Of a stretch of DNA of 64,000 nt, positions 32,869-43,427 are shown piece after piece. The notes beneath the pieces are model-generated. The model was not told where the DNA came from. It did not search any database and worked only from the letters and a program-made list of their open reading frames with translations. Origin of the DNA: Campylobacterales bacterium (lineage in GTDB: Bacteria; Campylobacterota; Campylobacteria; Campylobacterales; Sulfurimonadaceae); contig JBBRBK010000002.1 in NCBI GenBank assembly GCA_038205935.1, forward strand, positions 1 to 64,000. Reading direction: 5' to 3'. Numbering within the stretch: the stretch's first letter is position 1; each line of letters starts with the position of its first letter. The position numbers were made by a program, and so were the translations under genes.

Positions 32869-34275
32869 ATGCTATTACCTGAAAAAAAAGAAAGAGAAAA
32901 TAGGTTTAAACTCGCACTTCGAATGGGTTTGCCTATCTTTTTTTTAGGTCTTTTATCTATCTTTTCCTTTATAAACCAGCCTGAGGAAAATTTCACTTCC
33001 TCTTTTTATATAGGCGCAACACTTATCCTCGCTATTATGATTTACTTCTTTTTATATATGATTTATAGAGGATTTGATGAGAGAATTACCGATCCTATAA
33101 CGCATACATTTACGCGTGAATATCTCTATAAACTTTTAAAAAAAGAGATACAAAAAGAAAATTATTCCATAATCCTTGTCAGTATAGATAATCTTCATAC
33201 AATTAATGAGGTATATGGAATAAAAAATGGAGACAATGTTCTTTATAACATAGTTAAAGAATTTTCAGCTTTTTTATCGTCTAAAGGAATTAATGATTTT
33301 CCACTTGGTCACATAAAAGGCGGAGATTTTTTGATAGGTTTGAGTGGAGAAAAAAGTGAATATAACTCTATTGTTGATTTGATGTGTTTAAAATTTTCTA
33401 CATGTAATCTATCTGGCATAGAAGTTCAAATAGTAGCTTCTATCGTCGATAATAACTTTTCAAAAAATTTAGATTATCTAATAGATCATCTTTTTGAACA
33501 ACAAATTCTCAATAAATCTTCAAAAAATATTTTAAAAGAAGATGATAATATAGATCCAAATGATTTACAAATATCTATTATTGATGCAATTAAAAATAGT
33601 AATTTTAAAGTATATAGTCAAAATGTCTATGATAAAGACGGAAATATTTTTCTAGAAGATTTATCAATAAAACTACAAATAAAAGATAAAATTATTCATC
33701 AAAATACATTTGTACCCGTTGTAAATAGACTGGGACTTTCAAAAGAGTTTGATCTTGTTCTTTTGGATAAAGTAGCAAAAATGGCATCTACAAATGAAAG
33801 AATATATTCAATTTGTGTTTCACCCACTACACTTAGAGAACCCTCATTTGTATCACATATGAAAAACTTATTGGATACATATATATCTATACAAAACAAA
33901 ATAGTCCTTTTAATTTCTGAAATTGATTATTATAATAATATTCTGCGTTATAATCAAACAATTCAAAATCTAAGGACTATGGGCGTGTATATTGCAATAG
34001 ATAGATTTGGAGAATATCATTCGAGTTTTTTATATTTTAGAGAGATAGAAGTGGATATGATCCGTTTTGATTCAAGATACACAAAAAATTTGAATTCTAC
34101 TCGATATAAAGATATAGTACAAGGCTTACATGGAAGTATAAATGATCTTCATTCAAAGTCATGGATAAAGATGATAGAAGATGAAGATACATATAAAATA
34201 TCCAATGAAATAAGCATAGATCTTATACAAGGTCGATATTGTGATAACAAAAATTTTACAGGAGAAATAGATTGA
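32869..34275 (+). CDS. Membrane-anchored degenerate GGDEF-EAL protein
   Basis: Two TM helices; 'IDNLHTINEVYGIKNGD' with KGGDF in place of GGDEF; EAL-like half with 'AIDRFG'. Confidence 0.8.
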   Translation: MLLPEKKERENRFKLALRMGLPIFFLGLLSIFSFINQPEENFTSSFYIGATLILAIMIYFFLYMIYRGFDERITDPITHTFTREYLYKLLKKEIQKENYSIILVSIDNLHTINEVYGIKNGDNVLYNIVKEFSAFLSSKGINDFPLGHIKGGDFLIGLSGEKSEYNSIVDLMCLKFSTCNLSGIEVQIVASIVDNNFSKNLDYLIDHLFEQQILNKSSKNILKEDDNIDPNDLQISIIDAIKNSNFKVYSQNVYDKDGNIFLEDLSIKLQIKDKIIHQNTFVPVVNRLGLSKEFDLVLLDKVAKMASTNERIYSICVSPTTLREPSFVSHMKNLLDTYISIQNKIVLLISEIDYYNNILRYNQTIQNLRTMGVYIAIDRFGEYHSSFLYFREIEVDMIRFDSRYTKNLNSTRYKDIVQGLHGSINDLHSKSWIKMIEDEDTYKISNEISIDLIQGRYCDNKNFTGEID

Positions 34276-34655
34276 AATATGGTGAAAAAGTAGTTTTAGA
34301 ATTTGATATAGAAAAAGATATAGAGATATGGCCGAATTTACACAAAAGAGATTATCTTATTAAACTAACTCTTCCAGAGTTTAGCTGTTTATGCCCAAGA
34401 AGCGGTTACCCTGACTATGCAACGATTTATATCGAGTATACTCCAGATGAATGGGTTATAGAATTAAAAGCAATAAAGCTTTATATAAATTCATTTAGAA
34501 ATAGATATGTCTCTCATGAAAATGGTGCCAATGAGATATATGAACTTTTAGAAACAAAGTTAAAACCAAAATACCTTAAAGTTGTTGCTGATTACAATCC
34601 AAGAGGAAATGTACATACACTTATAGAGATCGACAGTTCAAAAATAGAGCGTTAA
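34272..34655 (+). CDS. queF: PreQ0 (7-cyano-7-deazaguanine) reductase
   Basis: 'PEFSCLCPRSGYPD', QueF motif 'ELKAIKLY', 'SHE'. Confidence 0.93.
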   Translation: MKYGEKVVLEFDIEKDIEIWPNLHKRDYLIKLTLPEFSCLCPRSGYPDYATIYIEYTPDEWVIELKAIKLYINSFRNRYVSHENGANEIYELLETKLKPKYLKVVADYNPRGNVHTLIEIDSSKIER

Positions 34656-34676
34656 GCTAAAACAGGAGGGTATCTA

Positions 34677-35141
34677 ATGTTTGGTAAGTTGTTAAAAAAG
34701 AGCGAAAAAACGAGTGGAAATAGTTCAAAAGAATTTCATGAATATCTTTACAGCATAGGTGTCTCTGATATGAGAAATCTTTTACTCGGACAAATTATAA
34801 AATTTCCTGTTGATGAAGAGATGATAATAGAAATATTAAAAAGAATGACTCATACAGATGAAAAAACAAACAAAAGATTTCTTGAAAGTAGTGACGCTGA
34901 TATCAAACTCAAAAAAGCGTTTGATACTATAATCACGGCTGCAAGTAGTAAAAAAATGTCTGTTGAAGCAATTGAACTAATTCAAAAATTTATCCTTATG
35001 TATACAGATCTAATAGATGGTTTTGATACAAGAAATAAACAAATATATATGCATAAATTAACAAAAGCAATAGAACTCTCTATCAACACCGTAGAACAGC
35101 TTACAGCTTACTTGAATAAAATGGCTGTAATCAACAGATAA
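34677..35141 (+). CDS. Hypothetical protein
   Basis: 154-aa ORF with a strong AGGAGG RBS; no recognised motif. Confidence 0.7.
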   Translation: MFGKLLKKSEKTSGNSSKEFHEYLYSIGVSDMRNLLLGQIIKFPVDEEMIIEILKRMTHTDEKTNKRFLESSDADIKLKKAFDTIITAASSKKMSVEAIELIQKFILMYTDLIDGFDTRNKQIYMHKLTKAIELSINTVEQLTAYLNKMAVINR

Positions 35142-36372
35142 GTGTATCAATATGGTTTTTAAGCCATATTTTTGCATCTTTTGTATTTGTAAAATATTCT
35201 TGAAGTTGAGCATCATAAGCTATTTCTAGAATAGTTGAAAACAGAGTAGATGGACTTAGTCCAAGTTCTATAAGGTCTCGTCCATAAAGTAGAGGTTTTG
35301 GCTTACATGTAAGCACGCTAAGTTGTTCTGCTCTCTCTTTTAACTCTTTAAAATTTTTACCTTGTGCTTGAGCTAAAATCAGTAAATTTTGAATTATTGT
35401 CTTTGTGCTTAGTAGTAAAATTTCGTAATTTGTTAATGGACTTTGTGCAATATCATCTAAGGTATATCGATACATGTAAAGATTTAGCACTTCATCTATT
35501 ATTTGTGTTTCATTTAAAAGTTTATGTAAAAAAAGTTCCACATCTTTAGTCGAATTGAAATGGCAAACTACGAGACTTAACATTAAAATGATATCTCTTT
35601 GAGAATTTCCAGTTCTTAGATTTGCCATGGCATCTATGTGTTCAAATAGATTATTTGTATTAGAGATTTCTGGAAAATATTTTGTAAGTCCAAATGTTTC
35701 AAAAAGAGTCAAACCGATTGAAGGCTTTTTACTTTTGAGCAAAAGCTTTGAAAACTCTTCATACATTCGCTCTTTTGGCAGTTCTTTTATAAAGCCTTTT
35801 TCGCAAATAAAACGACATAATTCAATGAGTTCATCTTTACATGTAAGCTCAAATCTAGCACAAAACTGTACTGCTCGTAAAACACGCAGCGGATCTTCTA
35901 TAAAAGTCTCTTTATTCACATATGTAAGCACTTTATTGTTCAGGTCTTCACGTCCATTGTATGGATCCAGTAGAGTACGACTGTTGAGTTCATATCCTAT
36001 AGCATTGATCGTAAAGTCGCGCCGCAAAGCAGCTTCTTTAAATGAGAGCTTGGCATCGAGTGAAACATCAAAACCCTTATGTCCAGATCCTATTTTTTTT
36101 TCAAGTCTAGGAAGGGAAAAGTCTAACTCATAGCCACAAAAGAAGAGTTTTAAAACACCAAAACTTTTTCCTACAAGATTGACACTTCCAAAAGTTTTTA
36201 ATATCTCAGCCATCGCATCATATTCAGAGATATTATAAACCTCGATATCGATATCTTTGATGGCAAACCCTAGCAGAGAATCTCTTACATAACCGCCGAC
36301 CAACACAGGTGAAGCACCACCGTTTTGTAAAGCGGTGATAAGTGGTTCTAAAAACTTTGGTACTTCTATCAT
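35131..36372 (-). CDS. cca: CCA tRNA nucleotidyltransferase
   Basis: 'VGGYVRD', 'KDIDIE', 'RRDFTINA', 'EDPLRVLR'. Confidence 0.9.
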   Translation of the reverse strand: MIEVPKFLEPLITALQNGGASPVLVGGYVRDSLLGFAIKDIDIEVYNISEYDAMAEILKTFGSVNLVGKSFGVLKLFFCGYELDFSLPRLEKKIGSGHKGFDVSLDAKLSFKEAALRRDFTINAIGYELNSRTLLDPYNGREDLNNKVLTYVNKETFIEDPLRVLRAVQFCARFELTCKDELIELCRFICEKGFIKELPKERMYEEFSKLLLKSKKPSIGLTLFETFGLTKYFPEISNTNNLFEHIDAMANLRTGNSQRDIILMLSLVVCHFNSTKDVELFLHKLLNETQIIDEVLNLYMYRYTLDDIAQSPLTNYEILLLSTKTIIQNLLILAQAQGKNFKELKERAEQLSVLTCKPKPLLYGRDLIELGLSPSTLFSTILEIAYDAQLQEYFTNTKDAKIWLKNHIDTLIC

Positions 36373-37751
36373 TTTATAAGCGGTTTTAAGTCAAATCCAA
36401 ATGAAGAACCGACATTTGGTTTACTCGAGATGAGAAGAGTCGTATGATGAAGTTTAAGGATAAATGAGACAATGGCAAGACCAAGCCCCATAGAATTATC
36501 CCAGCTATTTGTTCTTACTCTGTAAAATTTAGAGGTGATTTTTTCTATCTCAGACTCGGAAAAACCAATCCCATTGTCATTAACGTATATAACATTATCT
36601 GTCATTTTAATCTCGATATTATCCTCAGAATATTTCAGCGCGTTATCTGCGAGATTGATAAGCACAAGTTCTAGCATCGTTTTATCTGCGTGGATTTTGA
36701 GATGTTCTATTTTAAGATCGATACCTCTATCTTTGTATTTTGCTTTGAGATTATTTGACACTTCAATACAAAGATCATAAATATCAAACTCTGTAAAAGA
36801 GGTGGAAAGATCATTGTTTTCAAGTTTGATAGAAAGGGCCAGCCTATCTATCATAGAAGATATTTTATTGGCATTTGAGTGGATTTTGTCTAAAAACTTA
36901 TTACGTATTTGCATATTGATATTCTCATCATCGCGAATAGTTTCCGTATAACCCATAATGGCAGCAATAGGGTTTTTAAATTCATGAGAAATAGCTGAGA
37001 GAATATCGTTTCTTTGTTTGTTAATTAGTCTTAGTTTTGCTTCATGCTTTCGTTTTTTCTTATCTCGATTTGCAAGTTTTTTTACAAGATTTTTTAACAG
37101 AAGTGATATCTGTAAAAATTCGCTGAAATATTGTGTTTTGATTACCGCTTTATAATTTTTATTTGAAATTTCATTGAGATAGTTTGAAATTTGACTGATG
37201 TCATAATTGACTCTTTTGCTTATTTTACTTGTAATGACGAGGGCGATGAATATAAAAATAGTATATACAATAATAATTTTGATGTAAATGCTATAAAACT
37301 CTTTTTCGATAGAACTAAGATTTTGTGCAACTCTTATATATTTTTTTGAACTTGTGTATTTTGCAACATATAAAAACTGGCTATTGAGCGTCGCTGAGAG
37401 TCGTACGCAGGAGCCATAAGTTGATTGTTTTGCTTGTATGATTTCGATTCTTTTGAGGTGATTTTCCATCTTTTCTTTGTTAAAGTTCGTTTCAGCGAGT
37501 ACATTACCATTTTCATCAATAATTGTAAGACGTCTGTCTGCTACTGTATGAATACTATTTATGTACTCGGCGAGATTGTCAACATTCCCCAAATTGAGAT
37601 CTACAATATTGACAATATCAATAAGTTCTCTCTTGGAATTTTCCAAAATGACCGATTTGAGTGCATAATAGCTCACTATAGAAGAGATTAAAAGTGTTGC
37701 GATGTAGAGACCTAAAAAATTATATAAAAAATATTTATGAAGTTTTATCAA
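36369..37751 (-). CDS. Sensor histidine kinase (PhoR-like)
   Basis: 'SHEFKNP' H-box, 'NLADNALKYS', 'DNGIG', 'GLGLAIV'; periplasmic 'MENHLKRIEI' resembles PhoR-type sensors. Confidence 0.88.
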   Translation of the reverse strand: MIKLHKYFLYNFLGLYIATLLISSIVSYYALKSVILENSKRELIDIVNIVDLNLGNVDNLAEYINSIHTVADRRLTIIDENGNVLAETNFNKEKMENHLKRIEIIQAKQSTYGSCVRLSATLNSQFLYVAKYTSSKKYIRVAQNLSSIEKEFYSIYIKIIIVYTIFIFIALVITSKISKRVNYDISQISNYLNEISNKNYKAVIKTQYFSEFLQISLLLKNLVKKLANRDKKKRKHEAKLRLINKQRNDILSAISHEFKNPIAAIMGYTETIRDDENINMQIRNKFLDKIHSNANKISSMIDRLALSIKLENNDLSTSFTEFDIYDLCIEVSNNLKAKYKDRGIDLKIEHLKIHADKTMLELVLINLADNALKYSEDNIEIKMTDNVIYVNDNGIGFSESEIEKITSKFYRVRTNSWDNSMGLGLAIVSFILKLHHTTLLISSKPNVGSSFGFDLKPLIK

Positions 37752-37765
37752 AATTTATCCTTGAC

Positions 37766-38440
37766 TTATGAAATTGTGTAACCGACACCACGTACACTCT
37801 TGATATACTCTTTCTCTTTTGTTGGATCAATTTTCTCTTTAAGTCGATTTATAGCAACATTTACAGTACGATCTTGATAAATTTCATCATTACCCCATAC
37901 TTTTTCTAGCAGATAATCACGATCTAGGACGATATTTTGATTTTGTATGAGAGTTAAAAGAAGTTCAAACTCCAGTTTTGTAAGATCAATTTTTTCCTCA
38001 GCAACTAAAACGGTTCTCGCTTCGAGATTCAGCACGATATCTTTATAGATGATCTCTTTGAGTGTTGAGAGCGGATTTGTACGCTTGAGGATTGCTTTGA
38101 TTCTAAGAACAAGCTCTTTCATGTTGAACGGTTTTGTGATGTAGTCATCTCCGCCGCTTAAAAATCCCTCTTCGATATTTTGTTCACTATTTTTTGCGCT
38201 GAGGTAGATTACGGGCGTCGTAACACCGTTTTTGCGTAAAGTAGCAATAAACTCACTACCTTCAACTCCGGGAAGATTTCTATCCATAATGATGAGGTCA
38301 ACCTTTTCCTCTTCAAGAAGCTCTTTGACGTTTTTGGTATTTAAAAAACCGATAGTTTCAAATCCCTCTTTGTTTAAAGAATACTCGATTAGCTCTAAAA
38401 TATCCTCTTGATCTTCAACAATTACAATTAAATTACTCAT
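37766..38440 (-). CDS. OmpR/PhoB-family response regulator
   Basis: 'IMDRNLP', 'DDYITKPF', winged helix 'RTVNVAINRLKEK...SVRGVGY'. Confidence 0.93.
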   Translation of the reverse strand: MSNLIVIVEDQEDILELIEYSLNKEGFETIGFLNTKNVKELLEEEKVDLIIMDRNLPGVEGSEFIATLRKNGVTTPVIYLSAKNSEQNIEEGFLSGGDDYITKPFNMKELVLRIKAILKRTNPLSTLKEIIYKDIVLNLEARTVLVAEEKIDLTKLEFELLLTLIQNQNIVLDRDYLLEKVWGNDEIYQDRTVNVAINRLKEKIDPTKEKEYIKSVRGVGYTIS

Positions 38441-38460
38441 ATTTTGACCACTTTTTATTT

Positions 38461-38496
38461 ATGATATCAAAATAATGATTACTATCTGATTACAAG
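38461..38496 (-). promoter_or_regulatory. Pho-box-like tandem repeat and -10 upstream of the response regulator
   Basis: Minus strand GTAATCA-N4-GTAATCA (38476-38493, 11-bp period) about 10 nt upstream of TGA-TATCAT (38461-38469). Confidence 0.55.
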
Positions 38497-38598
38497 CTAA
38501 ATTTCCAATATTAAGCGTGATAACCAAAATAACAGTAGTTTTAAGGTATAATCCCGAAAATTTATCTCTAAATTATAGAGAACTACGAGGAAAACACC

Positions 38599-40401
38599 TT
38601 GCAAAAGATTAGAAACATAGCGGTTATCGCGCACGTTGACCACGGTAAAACTACATTAGTTGATGGTTTGTTAGAGCAATCAGGAACATACGGAGCTCAC
38701 GAGCAACACGATGAAAGAGCAATGGATAGCAATGCTTTAGAAAAAGAAAGAGGAATTACGATTCTTTCTAAAAACACGGCTATTCGTTATAAAGACTACA
38801 AGATCAATATTATTGACACTCCGGGCCACGCCGATTTCGGTGGGGAAGTTGAACGTGTTCTTAAAATGGTTGATGGTGTTTTGGTTCTTGTTGATGCATA
38901 CGAAGGCGTTATGCCACAAACAAAATTCGTTGTTAAAAAGATGCTTGCGCTTGGTAAAAAACCAATCGTTGTTATCAACAAAATTGACAAACCTTCAGCT
39001 GATCCTGAACGCGTTGTAGATGAGATGTTCGACCTTTTTGCTGCTATGGATGCAACTGAAGATCAACTAGATTTCCCAATCATTTATGCTGCTGCACGTA
39101 ATGGTATAGCAAAACTAGATATGGCAGATCCAGATGGCAACTTCGAATGTATTTTCGAAACTATTTTAAGCCAAATCCCTGAGCCTGAGGGCGATAGAGA
39201 AAATCCTGTTCAAGCACAAGTATTTACACTTGATTATGATAACTATGTTGGAAAAATCGGTATTTCACGTATTTTCAACGGTGTGATCAGAAAAGGAAGC
39301 AACATTCTTCTTGCGAAGGCAGATGGAGAAATGGTTAAAGGTAAGATTACTAAACTTATCGGATTTCATGGTTTAAACCGTATGGAAATTGATGAAGCGG
39401 AAGCTGGCGATATCGTTGCATTTGCTGGTTTAGAAACTGTTGATGTTGGAGATACTGTTTGTGATCCGACTAAACCTATGCCACTTGATCCTCTTCATAT
39501 TGAAGAGCCGACTTTGAGCGTTGTATTTTCAGTAAATGATTCACCACTTGCAGGTCAAGAGGGTAAACACGTTACTTCAAACAAAATTAAAGAGCGTTTA
39601 GAATCTGAGATGCAGACAAACGTTGCTATGAGATATGAAGTTGTTGGCGAAGGTAAATTTAAAGTTTCAGGACGTGGTGAACTTCAAATCACGATTCTTG
39701 CTGAAAATATGCGCCGTGAAGGTTTTGAGTTCGGTATTTCTCGTCCTGAAGTTATCGTTAGAGTAATAGAAGGCGTAAAATGTGAACCATTTGAACACCT
39801 TGTTATCGATCTTCCTGCAGAATTCAGTGGTTCTATTATTGAGCGTCTTGGTAAACGTAAAGCTGAGATGAAATCTATGATCCCAATGGGTGAAGGTTTT
39901 CAACGTATTGAGTTCGAAATTCCTGCGCGTTCATTGATCGGTTTCCGTGGTCAATTTTTGACAGATACTAAGGGTGAAGGTATTATGAACCATTCATTCT
40001 TAGAATTCCGTCCATTTAGCGGTTCTGTTGAGTCTCGTCAATATGGAGCACTTATTTCTATGGAAACAGGTGTTACTCTTGCATATTCACTATTTAATCT
40101 TCAAGATCGTGGAGTTATCTTCATAGGTCCACAGGTTAAAGTTTACGAGGGTATGATCGTTGGAGAGCATGCACGTTCAAATGACTTAGCTGTTAACCCG
40201 ATCAAAGGTAAAGCACAGTCAAATGTTCGTTCATCAGGTGCTGATGAAGCAATCAAACTTGTTCCACCACGTGATATGAGTTTGGAGCGTGCCCTAGAGT
40301 GGATTGAAGATGATGAACTTCTAGAAGTTACACCATTAAGTATCCGTATTCGTAAACGTTTCTTGACTGAAAGTGAACGTAAACGTAACGTACGTAAATA
40401 A
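38599..40401 (+). CDS. typA: Translational GTPase TypA/BipA
   Basis: '[18 protein letters not shown]', 'GRGEL', 'ELLEVTP..IRIRK'. Confidence 0.97.
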   Translation: MQKIRNIAVIAHVDHGKTTLVDGLLEQSGTYGAHEQHDERAMDSNALEKERGITILSKNTAIRYKDYKINIIDTPGHADFGGEVERVLKMVDGVLVLVDAYEGVMPQTKFVVKKMLALGKKPIVVINKIDKPSADPERVVDEMFDLFAAMDATEDQLDFPIIYAAARNGIAKLDMADPDGNFECIFETILSQIPEPEGDRENPVQAQVFTLDYDNYVGKIGISRIFNGVIRKGSNILLAKADGEMVKGKITKLIGFHGLNRMEIDEAEAGDIVAFAGLETVDVGDTVCDPTKPMPLDPLHIEEPTLSVVFSVNDSPLAGQEGKHVTSNKIKERLESEMQTNVAMRYEVVGEGKFKVSGRGELQITILAENMRREGFEFGISRPEVIVRVIEGVKCEPFEHLVIDLPAEFSGSIIERLGKRKAEMKSMIPMGEGFQRIEFEIPARSLIGFRGQFLTDTKGEGIMNHSFLEFRPFSGSVESRQYGALISMETGVTLAYSLFNLQDRGVIFIGPQVKVYEGMIVGEHARSNDLAVNPIKGKAQSNVRSSGADEAIKLVPPRDMSLERALEWIEDDELLEVTPLSIRIRKRFLTESERKRNVRK

Positions 40402-40412
40402 TCTAAAACACT

Positions 40413-40452
40413 CTTACATGTAAGGTTTTATCCTTACATGTAACCCTCTTTT
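40413..40452 (+). terminator. Hairpin after typA built from two copies of the 12-bp palindrome
   Basis: TTACATGTAAGG (40414-25), loop TTTTAT, CCTTACATGTAA (40432-43), then CCCTCTTTT. Confidence 0.7.
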
Positions 40453-40522
40453 AAGTGGTTTTGCTGATGCAATTGTCACGCTAAATCAACAACATATTTA
40501 TTAATTTATAAGGTAAGATAGA

Positions 40523-40936
40523 ATGAAAAAAACTATAGTATTAGCGATAAGTGTATCAGTTTTATTTTTAAGCGGATGTACAAAACAAGAAGATCCAAAA
40601 GAGACTGCAACAAAAATTTGTAAAGCGCTTCAGATTATGGACTTCAATGAGTTAAAAAAATATACAGATGAAGAATCGACAAAAGAGATAGATGCTGGTC
40701 AAAAGAAATTAGAAGAAGCAAAAACTCAAATAGCTGCTCTTCCACAAGAACAACGTGATAGTATTCAAAAAGTTTTTGATGCGCAGATGGGTATGGTTAA
40801 GCAAAAAATGGCTGATATCAACTGTACAAACATTACAGTTCAAGATGGTACTGATAAAGAGAGTAAAGTCGTTATGATAGATGGAAAACCGACAAAACTT
40901 AAACTTATTGAGAACAAATGGAAGCTTACTAAATAA
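40523..40936 (+). CDS. Putative lipoprotein
   Basis: Signal peptide with lipobox 'FLSGC'. Confidence 0.75.
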   Translation: MKKTIVLAISVSVLFLSGCTKQEDPKETATKICKALQIMDFNELKKYTDEESTKEIDAGQKKLEEAKTQIAALPQEQRDSIQKVFDAQMGMVKQKMADINCTNITVQDGTDKESKVVMIDGKPTKLKLIENKWKLTK

Positions 40937-41015
40937 GTTTCTTGCACCTCTAAAACCCATAAACTTTTCTTAAAGAGTTTAAGAATATAATCATGGACTT
41001 AATAGGGGTGCAAAA

Positions 41016-42038
41016 ATGATTCACAGAAAAAAGATCTATAATCCAGACTCGACAGAACATGTAAATGATCGCCAGATATTTGGTGGAAATCCGACTGGTA
41101 TTTTTGAGTTAAACAATATCAAATATCAGTGGGCTTATAACCTATGGGAAGTTATGCTCAACAACACTTGGTTTCCAAAAGAGGTCGATCTCTCACGTGA
41201 TGCCAATGACTATAAAAATCTTACAGATACTGAAAAAACAGCGTATGACAAAGCCCTTGCTCAACTCATCTTTATGGATTCCCTCCAAACAAATAACATT
41301 ATAGATAATATCAATCCTTATGTAACAGCATCGGAAGTCAATCTTATATTGGTCCGCCAATCTTTTGAAGAAGCACTTCACTCTCAAAGTTACGCGGTTA
41401 TGGTTGATAGTATCTCTCAAAACTCTGCTGAGATTTACGACCTTTGGCGTAAAGATATGATGCTAAAACATAAAAATGATGCTATCGCAGCTGTGTATGA
41501 ACAACTTACTAAAGAACCAACTGAAACCAACTTCTTAAAAGCTTGTTTTGCAAATCAGATTTTGGAAGGGATCTATTTTTATAGCGGTTTTGCTTATATC
41601 TATACTTTGGCACGTTCAGGTAAAATGCTCGGTTCTGCGCAGATGATCCGCTTTATCCAAAGAGATGAAGTGACTCACCTCGCACTTTTTAAAAATCTCA
41701 TCAACACGCTTCGCCGAGACAAACCTTATCTTTTTACAGAACAATTAAAAGCAGAAGTGATAGAGATGTTTAAAAAAGCAGTTGAGCTTGAAAGTAATTG
41801 GGGTCAGTATATTACGCAAGGTCAGATTCTTGGACTTACAAATGAGATTGTTGATCAGTATATAAAATATCTTGCAGATGATCGTTTAGCATCTGTGGGA
41901 TTTGAGAAAATCTATAATGTTACAAATCCAATCAAATGGGTTGATGATTTTGCAAAATTTAATGATCAAAAAACAAACTTCTTCGAGGGAACGGTGACGA
42001 ACTACTCAAAAGGAAGCCTAAGCTTTGATGATTTTTAA
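41016..42038 (+). CDS. nrdB: Ribonucleotide reductase class Ia beta subunit
   Basis: 'EEALHSQSY', '[10 protein letters not shown]', 'RDEVTH', 'NFFE...Y'. Confidence 0.96.
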   Translation: MIHRKKIYNPDSTEHVNDRQIFGGNPTGIFELNNIKYQWAYNLWEVMLNNTWFPKEVDLSRDANDYKNLTDTEKTAYDKALAQLIFMDSLQTNNIIDNINPYVTASEVNLILVRQSFEEALHSQSYAVMVDSISQNSAEIYDLWRKDMMLKHKNDAIAAVYEQLTKEPTETNFLKACFANQILEGIYFYSGFAYIYTLARSGKMLGSAQMIRFIQRDEVTHLALFKNLINTLRRDKPYLFTEQLKAEVIEMFKKAVELESNWGQYITQGQILGLTNEIVDQYIKYLADDRLASVGFEKIYNVTNPIKWVDDFAKFNDQKTNFFEGTVTNYSKGSLSFDDF

Positions 42039-42050
42039 GAAGGTTCTTCT

Positions 42051-43427
42051 TTGAATGAAGAGGAGTTGATCACTCTTGCGTATGAATTTCATACGCAAAA
42101 CGATCTTCAAAATGCGCAAAAATATTATATTCAAGCACTAACTTTTAATCCTGAGCATCCGCAAGTACATAATAATCTTGGAACAATATATCAAGCAGCG
42201 CAAGACTATGAAACTGCCAGATTTCATTATGAAAAAGCGCTTATATGTAAGCCGGATTATTTTGATGCAATAAAAAATATGATCAATGTTTTAAACAAGC
42301 TGACCATAGTTTACAAGTTCGATAATGAACTCACAAAAGCCAAAGAATGCGCACTTAAAGTGCTTGAGCTTGATTTTGAAAATTCTGATGCTTACAATAA
42401 TCTGGGTGTCATCTATAAAGAAAACAAGGATCTTTTAAAAGCAGAAAATTGTTATAAAAAAGCGATAGAACTTGACCCAAAAAGTGTCGATACACTTTTA
42501 AATATTTCATTGCTTTGTCTTCTTCAAAAAGAGTATGAAAAGGGTTTTGAGCTTTACAGATACAGATATCATATGTATGATCTCTACACGAACGCAGAGT
42601 TAGTGAAAAATATGAGTTTATTGCAATCTCTTGCAGAAGTTAAGGGCAAAAAAGTGTTGATAAGCTTTGAGCAGGAATTTGGAGATGCAATCCAGTTTAT
42701 ACGGCTTGCTACCTTGCTTATTTCCGTGAATGCGGAGTTTTCATTTTATATACCCAAACCGTTGCAAAAGCTTTTTACTTATAATTTTCCCAATACTCGT
42801 TTTGTGGATCACGAGCAATTAAAAGAGTTCCATTACTATTTTCCGATTATGGATGCGAGTCATCTTTTAGGACTTACATACGAGAATATCCCAAGTAGCG
42901 AAGGGTATTTAAAAGTAGATGAAAAAGATGTCAGCGAGTTTAGAGCGGCAAATAAATTAGAAAACCAAATCAAAAAAATAGGCTTTGCTTTTAAGGGAAG
43001 CCCACTACATCGAAATGATGTAAATCGTTCCATTGAACTTTCACTTTTTTTAGAAGGAATTGTAAAACTTCAAGGAGATGCTAGACTTTACTCTTTACAG
43101 CACGGTCTTGATGAGAATGAAAAAAAACTCTTAAAAGATTATGGCATTATTGATTTTGGTAGTCAGATTAAAGACTTTTATGACACTGCGGTGATGGTCG
43201 AGTGTATGGATTTGATCATTACTATTGATAGTTCTCTCGTACATGTAAGCGGTGCTTTGGCGAAAAAAACATTTTTATTACTTCCTTTTGCCCCTGATTG
43301 GAGATGGGGAGTTGATGATTTTAAGACTAACTGGTATGATTCTGTTATGATTTACAGACAAAAAAGCATCTCTGAGTGGAGTCATGTATTTAGGGCATTG
43401 GTAAAGGATATTCGTGAAAAATTATAG
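42051..43427 (+). CDS. TPR-repeat protein with C-terminal glycosyltransferase (GT9-like) domain
   Basis: TPRs 'HNNLGTIY', 'AYNNLGVIY'; 'EQEFGDAIQF', 'DLIITIDSSLVHVSGAL', 'DWRW'. Confidence 0.82.
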   Translation: MNEEELITLAYEFHTQNDLQNAQKYYIQALTFNPEHPQVHNNLGTIYQAAQDYETARFHYEKALICKPDYFDAIKNMINVLNKLTIVYKFDNELTKAKECALKVLELDFENSDAYNNLGVIYKENKDLLKAENCYKKAIELDPKSVDTLLNISLLCLLQKEYEKGFELYRYRYHMYDLYTNAELVKNMSLLQSLAEVKGKKVLISFEQEFGDAIQFIRLATLLISVNAEFSFYIPKPLQKLFTYNFPNTRFVDHEQLKEFHYYFPIMDASHLLGLTYENIPSSEGYLKVDEKDVSEFRAANKLENQIKKIGFAFKGSPLHRNDVNRSIELSLFLEGIVKLQGDARLYSLQHGLDENEKKLLKDYGIIDFGSQIKDFYDTAVMVECMDLIITIDSSLVHVSGALAKKTFLLLPFAPDWRWGVDDFKTNWYDSVMIYRQKSISEWSHVFRALVKDIREKL

